A DNA stretch of 64,000 nt from the human T2T-CHM13v2.0 reference genome, Homo sapiens. Shown in pieces: positions 55,060-64,000 of the stretch. The notes beneath the pieces were generated by a model. It was not told the DNA's origin, did not search any database, and was given only the letters and a program-made list of their open reading frames with translations. Where the stretch lies: NCBI RefSeq assembly GCF_009914755.1, contig NC_060946.1. One strand, 5' to 3'. Position numbers and translations under genes: made by a program. The number at the start of each line of letters is the position of its first letter. The stretch's first letter is position 1.

Positions 55060-55225
55060 ATTAATTCAAGAATCAAGAAGAAATAGAAAACCTAAGAAGT
55101 ACTATAACATGAAGAACATAAAAATCTCTAGTAAAATAAAATATTTCACAAAGGAAAGACTAGGCCCAGATGGTTGTATGAGCAAATTTTACAGACTTTC
55201 AAAGAATGGATCATTCTAATTATGT
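55060..55225 (+). mobile_element. Ancient L1 (L1M-type) ORF2 fragment
   Basis: caagaagaaatagaaaacct...ggcccagatggtt....gcaaattttacagactttcaaagaa is a degenerate copy of the ORF2 region EEIENL...GPDGF.GEFYQTFKE just upstream of the RT core. Confidence 0.7.
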
Positions 55226-55439
55226 CCCAAACAACTGTAGCTAGGAATATTAACGCTTGATTTTTCAAGAGCTTCATTTCCTAAAATCTGTAGGTTGGGA
55301 GGTAGATTGGCATGTGTTGGAAATCCTCAAATGTGCAGTTCCTTGAAGTTTTAGCATTAAAAAAGAAAGGCCTTGCCTGCATTAACTTTGAATTTTGTAA
55401 CAGTTACCAGTTAATAGAGATACTGTATGCATTTATATA

Positions 55440-55895
55440 CACTCTGATTTTATAGGAATGGAGGCATATCAGACACATGACTCTGCACCCAGGTTTTTTC
55501 CTTTGTAACATATCTTGGACATCATTTTTGAGCATCCTTTTAAAATTTAATTTTTTAAATAGCTGCATAGTAGTCTATCATATGAATAACCATAATTACA
55601 ATAAACAGTAAGGTGATAATCATTAATGTGATTGATAAACATTAAGGTGATTTCTATACTTTTGTCAATTAAAAAGCTGGTATAATACTTTCTCCCATTC
55701 ATACATAATTCCAGGCATCATGAGGATGTCTGTAGGGTAAATTTCTGGAAATGAAATTGCTGAATCAGAGAGTATTTCCATTTATAATTTTAGTATATAT
55801 TGTTTAATCACAATTGATATAGTTTGTACTAATTTATAATCCCAGTAACAAGATGTAAGTACCACTTCAAACTCCACAACTTCACTGGCAGTGCT
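55440..55895 (-). mobile_element. Ancient L1ME-like 3'-end fragment (antisense)
   Basis: Contains ttttttaaatagctgcatagtagtc..catatgaataaccataat, ttgataaacattaagg, ctgtagggtaaatttctggaaatgaaattgctgaatcagag and tgtactaatttataatcccagtaaca, typical of old L1M 3' regions read in antisense. Confidence 0.65.
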
Positions 55896-56117
55896 TCAAG
55901 TCATGATGCATATTGCCAGCCTCCCTTCAAGTAAAGTTCTATTAACTCTACAAAAACTTTATAAATGGCAGACGTTACATTTCCAGATAGCTTTGTGGTA
56001 ACCAAAAAAGAATTGATTTATTAGCAATTTGTATATCACATTGAGACAAAATATATTTGTGGTAAATATTATTGTTACATATTTAAAACATCTCATGTAT
56101 TAAGAAATCATACTTTA

Positions 56118-57475
56118 GACGGGGCCAAACTGGCCAATTAGAAGCAGCTGTGTCCCATGGCTCTCACAGAGAGCAATGAAAACTGTGAGTGAATTCTGCA
56201 CCTTCAATTGAGGTATTCAGTTTCTTGCATTGGAACTGTCTAGGCAGACAGCTCGACCCACAGAGAGTCAGGAAAAGCAAGTGGGTCAATGACCCACCCA
56301 GGTATGGCACGGAGCTAGCCGAGCCCCCACTCACAGGCAAGGGAGGCCATGAGTGATTGTGTGACTCTGCCCAGGAAACCATGCTTCTCTGATGGATCTT
56401 TGCAACCTGCAGATGAGGAGGTCCCCTCATGAGCTCAGCCACCATGGACTTGGGTCTGAAGCTCAGAGCTGTGTGGAGTCTCAGCAGAGTGCTCGCTGGC
56501 TTACTGGGGCATGCATGGAAACCCAGGAATTTTGCATACTCTGCCTGGAAAATTCCAGCAAAGCGGGAGATACATCTGTGCATTCCCCTAGGAAGGGTGC
56601 TGAATCCAGGGAGCCAAGTGACATCATTCTGAGGCCCCACTCCCACAGCACCTCACAAGACCCATTGGCTTGGAACTCCAGCTGGCCAGTGGCAGCAGGC
56701 TGGAGATAGCTGGAGGTGGACCGAGTTCCCAGGGGGAGGGGCAGTGGCTCGATCTGTGGTTTGAGTTGGCCACTCTAGCATGCTGGCACAAGGGACCAGG
56801 AGGAGTCCCCTATAACACAGTACAGCTGTAGTGATTGATCGTGGACAGGCTGCTTCTTTAAGTGAGACCAAAATCCATCCCTCCTCACTGGACAGGGCCT
56901 GCCCATCAGAATTTTAGCAACTCCAGCCAGAGTTCTATGGACAGAACTCTGATTTCTCCCTGGGATGAAATCCCCAGGGATAGGGGTAGCTGCTGTCTCC
57001 CCATTTCAGCCAACTGAACCTTTCCAGCCTGCTGGCTCTGGAGAATCCTGGGGGTCAGAACAACACACCTGCTCTGCCAAAGGGCAGCCAGACAGCTTCT
57101 TTAAGCAGTCCCTGATCCTATTCCTCCTGACTGGGTGAGGCCTCCCAACAAGGGTCTCCAGACACCTCCTACAGGAGTGTTCCAGCTGGCATCAAGTCAG
57201 TACCCCCTTGGACTGGTGCTCCCAGAGGAAGGATCAGGTTGCCATCTTTGCTGTTTCGCAGCCTTCACTTGTGATACCTCCAGGTGCAGTAGAGACTGAG
57301 GTGACTAGGGTCCAGAGTGGACCCCCAAAAACCACAGCAGCCCTAGCCCTAGGGAAGAGTGGTCTGACTGTTAGAAACAAACAGAAATAAACAACAACAT
57401 CAACAAAAAGACCGCACAAAAACTCCATTCAAAGGTCAGCAACGTCAAAGATCAAAGGTAGATAAGCCCACAAAG
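56118..57475 (+). promoter_or_regulatory. L1 5'UTR / internal Pol II promoter remnant
   Basis: A relatively GC-rich ~1.36 kb segment between the L1 start and the ORF1 ATG. CpGs are largely decayed, and activity is not shown by the sequence. Confidence 0.65.
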
Positions 57476-57977
57476 ATGAGAAAGCATCAACACAAAAACG
57501 CTGAAAACTCAAAAAGGCAGAATGCCTCTTCTCCTCTAAATGACAACAACACCTCCCCAGCAAGGGCACAGAACTGACCCGAGGCTGAGATGGCTGAATT
57601 GACAAAAGTAGGCTTTAGGAGGTGGGTAATAACAAACTTCTCTGAGCTGAAGGAGCACATTCTAACTTAATGCAAGAATCTAAAAATCATAAAAGAACAC
57701 AGTAGCTGATAACCAGAATATTCCATTTAGAGAGGAACATAACTGACATGATGGAGCTGAAAAACACAATATGAGAACTTCACAACGCAACCACAACTAT
57801 CACTCACAGAATAGGCCAAGTGGAGGAAAGAATCTCAGAGCTTCAAAACTATCTGTCTGATATAAGACAGAAAGAGAAGAATAGAGAAAGAAGAATAAAA
57901 AAGAAAGAACAACAAAACCTTCAAGAAATATGGGATTATGTAAAAAAGACTGAACTTAAGACTTGATAAGGGTCTTG
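57476..57977 (+). pseudogene. L1 ORF1p N-terminal/coiled-coil remnant (disrupted, 3'-truncated)
   Basis: Translates as MRKHQHKNAENSKRQNASSP...GFRRWVITNFSELKEHIL* and later caagaaatatgggattatgtaaaa (QEIWDYVK), with in-frame stops. Confidence 0.9.
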
Positions 57978-57979
57978 GC

Positions 57980-60434
<2,455 letters not shown>

Positions 60435-61939
60435 ACAATGAGGACACATGGACACAGGGAGGGGAATATCACACACTGGGGCCTGTCATGGGGTGGGAGG
60501 CTAGGGGAGGAATAACGTTAGGAGAAATACCTATGTAGATGACGGGTTGATGGGTGCAGCAAACTACCATGTCACGTGTATAACTATGTAACAAACCTGC
60601 TTGCTCTGCCCATGTATCACAGAACTTAAAGTACAACAAAGAAAACTTTACATAAATGCATAAAGTCTAGAACAGCTAATATATTATAATGAAATGTCAA
60701 CTATAATCCCAGCTCAAAGAGAACACCATAAAATTATGAAGAGCTCTCCACAAATCTCTAAATTTATGTCCTCATAAGATTACATTTCTATTTCTTCTTG
60801 AATAATTTCCTCATTTTAGCTATGATTTATTGATAGTAAGATGGTAATTATGAGGAGAAAATTCTCCCAACACTCCATTTCACCACACACTGCCTCATTT
60901 CACCACACACCTGAGTCTTATGCAGTCACTTCTAATGTAGCTGAATAATAGATCCTCACTCAGCTGAGTCTATGAGTTGAATCCATGTATGTGAGATAAG
61001 GCCCCCAAGGAGAGGTAATAAGCTGGGAATGCCATCAGCTCATCCTTCTTCAGGCCTATATTTGTCATTGTCACTTGTAGAAGCAGGACAGCCCTGGCAT
61101 TGGGATTGGTAGTAACAGAGAGTATCAAAGGGAAAACTGAACTTCCCTAATTTTTGGAAAACAGCAGATTAGAAACAGATGGGCTCCAACGTTTTCCATG
61201 TGTGAGGTCATTGTCCCAGGTGGCCTTGCTCAGGACATTTTTTGTTAACAAAACAGAAGTCAAACGATTTTTCTAACTTCCAGGAGAATAAAACATAATG
61301 GTCAGATTTTCTCATGGATTCCCACAAGTTCAAGAAACTTTCATGGCCTTATTTAACTGCTTAAGCATTTCAACTAAAAAATTATTTGTCTTACAAATAC
61401 AAAGGAATCCGTCTGGAAAAATTTTAACCAGAAAAAGTTGGAATTCTAAAGTAAAAAATGCATAAGGCCATAAAAATTTTTTATATCTTTTAATTTATAT
61501 GTCAACTGGGGAAAAAAAAACCATTCCCTGAAGTTTCCTTTTATATCATTAAAGACTTATTCTTTATTACCAGCAATACAGGGCGACTTATTCAGGTTGA
61601 ATCTTGAAAGTAAACTTTAACTTGATTTTAAGTTTTGGCTAATTTTTAAGCATTTCTCAGTCACCTACCATGATTTCATCTCAGAAACCAAAATCTCAAT
61701 TTCATTTAGACCTTTGAAATATTAAAATAGAGGTTTAAATGTTTCAAAATAATATTCATGTAGAGACTTACATACGTGGACCAGGAATCTCCATGTATTA
61801 CAAACTTTATGAGAACATAACAAATATTGATACTCACATTTAATTCTGAAATAAAAACTTACAACAAATAAAACTATCAAATCAAGAAAATTGTGTAGGT
61901 TACACATTTTATGTCTAAAAATATAAGTATGAAACACTC

Positions 61940-63832
61940 TAGGATGGATAAAAGAAGAAATCACAAGAGAAAATAGAAAATATCTAGAGACAAATTAAAA
62001 ACATGAAATATCAAAAGTTAAGAGATACATCAAAAACGGTACCATAAGGGAAAAATTTATAGCTATAAATGATTATAAAAAATAAGATACCGAATCAACA
62101 ACTTTACTCCTAAGGAACTAAAAACAGAGAGAAAAAGAGGGACTATTAAAGAGGGAAAACTAAAAGCTAGCAAAATTTAAAGAAAAAGATAAAGATAGCA
62201 GTGGAAATAAGTGAAATAGAGAACAGAAAAACAATATCAAAAATCAACACAACCTAGTTTGTTCTCTGAAAAAGATCAAAACTGACAAAATTTTATCTAG
62301 ATTGACTAAGAAAGAAAGGGAATATTCAAATAACTAAACTCAAAAATAAAATGGGTACATTAATAACAAATTTTTGGAGTAAAAAAGGGGTGTAGGAGAG
62401 TACCATAAGGAACTATACACTAAAAAATTGAATAGCCTAAATAAAATGAACAAATTCCTAGAAACAAAAAACCTACTAAGACTGAATCAGAAAAGTTGAA
62501 TAAACCTACTCAGCAGGAGATTCAACAGGCAGATTGCATCAGTAATCAAAAACCTAGCAACAAAGAAAAGCCTGGACCAGATGGCTTCACTGTTGAATTC
62601 TACCCAATGTTTAAAGCAGAATTAACACTGCTTTTTCTCATACTTTTTCAAAACGTTGAAGAAGAGGTAATTTTTTCTAACTTATTCTATGAGGCCAGTG
62701 TTACCCTGACACCAAGCCAGACAAAGGTACTATAAGAAAACTACAAACAAACATCCCTTATAAATGCTGATGCAAAAATCCTCAACAAAATACCAGCAAC
62801 TCAAACTTAGCATTACATTAAAAGGATTATACACTATGAATGAGTATAATTGACTCCTGAAATGAAAGTCTGTTCCAACACATGAAAATCAGCATAATAT
62901 CACATTAACATAGGGAAAAAACCCTCATGTGATCATCTTAAGCAAAGAACAAAAAGCATTTGTCAAAATTTAACCCACTTTCATGATAAAATGTACTTAA
63001 TAAACTATAAAAAGAAAGAAAACAACTTAAAATAATGCTATACAAAAAACAAAACAAAACAAAAAATCACAGCTAACATGGTGAAAGACTGAAAGCTTTT
63101 ACCCTAAGAGCAAAAACAAGCTGCCTGCTTTTACTACTTCTATTTAATATCTGTTTGCAGATGACATAACCTTATATATTAAAAATCTTTTAGTTTCTGT
63201 GAAATAAACTGTCAGATGCAATAAATAAAATTTATCAAAGCTGCAGGATACAAAATAATACACAAAAATCAGTTGTATTTCTACAATAACAATAAACTAT
63301 CTGAAGAAGAAATCAAGACAACAGTATCATGTATGATAGCATCAAAAGAATAAAATACTTAGAAACCCACTTAACCAAGGAAATGAAAAACCTGTACAGC
63401 AAAAACTAGAAACATGGCATGAAAGTATTAAAGATGACACAAATAAATGAAAAGACATCATGTGTTTATGGAATGGAAGACAAAACCTTGTCAAGGTGCC
63501 ATTGTTATCTATAGTGATCTACAGATTCAATAAAATCACTATAAAAATTCCAATATTTGCAAAAATAGAAAAACCTATTCTAAAATTCAGATGAAATCTC
63601 AAAAAAACCCCAAGCAGCCAAATCAATCTTAAAATCTAACAAAGTTAGAGGACTAACATCTCCTGGTTTCAAACTTCAGTACGCAAAACAATGCTGTACC
63701 AGCCTAGAGACAGACACAAAGACCAATGCAATAGAAATAAAGAATCAAAAAATATGGTCATGGTTTTTAACAAGGGCATCAACCCTGTTCAATGGGGAAA
63801 GACGGTATTTTTTTAAATGGTGTTAAAAACGG
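61940..63832 (+). mobile_element. Old L1 (L1M/L1MA-type) ORF2 fragment, heavily degraded
   Basis: Contains aaaatgaacaaattcctagaaac, KEKPGPDGFTVEFYPMFK..LFYEASVTL (ORF 62496..62735), gatgcaaaaatcctcaacaaaatac, the FADD motif tttgcagatgac at ~63,154, and atctacagattcaa. Confidence 0.9.
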
Positions 63833-64000
63833 ATATTTATATCTATCTATATATATATTTATGTGTATATATATTTGTATGTATGTATATATGTTTGTAT
63901 GTATATATATTTATGTGTATATACGTGTGTATATATGTATATATACATATATACATATATACATATATTCATATGTACATATATACATGTATACATATGT
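63833..64000. repeat. (TA)n/(TATG)n/(TACA)n AT-rich microsatellite, running off the window end
   Basis: Alternating purine-pyrimidine sequence (tatatat, atgtgtatat, atacatatat) continues to the last base. Confidence 0.95.

Noticed and set aside
54605-55076. E/R/K-rich and S/F/L/P-rich ORFs
   Set aside because: They are translations of the CT-rich low-complexity tract.
56102-56120. Possible L1 target-site duplication (aagaaatcatactttag versus aagaaaactttac at ~60,639)
   Set aside because: It needs a 4-bp indel plus a mismatch in A/T-rich sequence, which is too weak to call.
56164-57428. ORFs of 60-160 aa on both strands
   Set aside because: They lie within the L1 5'UTR and show no recognisable protein similarity. 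I could not support an ORF0-type call.

Overview
This window is primate (human or great-ape-like) heterochromatin at the edge of a satellite array, and it contains no intact protein-coding gene. Bases 1 to ~53,855 are one uninverted, diverged Human Satellite III-type array of GGAAT/GGAGT/CGAAT pentamers. The many MEWNG/HSIPF ORFs are artefacts of translating that pentamer. The array has internal structure: alternating CGAAT-rich and GGAGT-rich blocks, two differently marked ~2.4-2.9 kb higher-order repeat domains with a decayed Alu 3'-end fragment (~31.3 kb) between them, many short in-register duplications, and a very homogeneous 30-bp repeat (~52.5-53.0 kb). The array ends directly on a ~58-bp alpha-satellite fragment. 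The remaining ~10 kb holds an MST/MLT1A-type MaLR LTR, a ~360-bp polypyrimidine tract, old L1M fragments, a 5'-intact L1PA element with a large ORF1/ORF2 deletion and an AluSp-like insertion, an unexplained AT-rich stretch, another old L1 ORF2 fragment and a (TA)n-type microsatellite. I found no evidence of a novel gene system; what is interesting here is satellite architecture and junction history. Repeat family calls come from recalled consensus sequences, not database searches.
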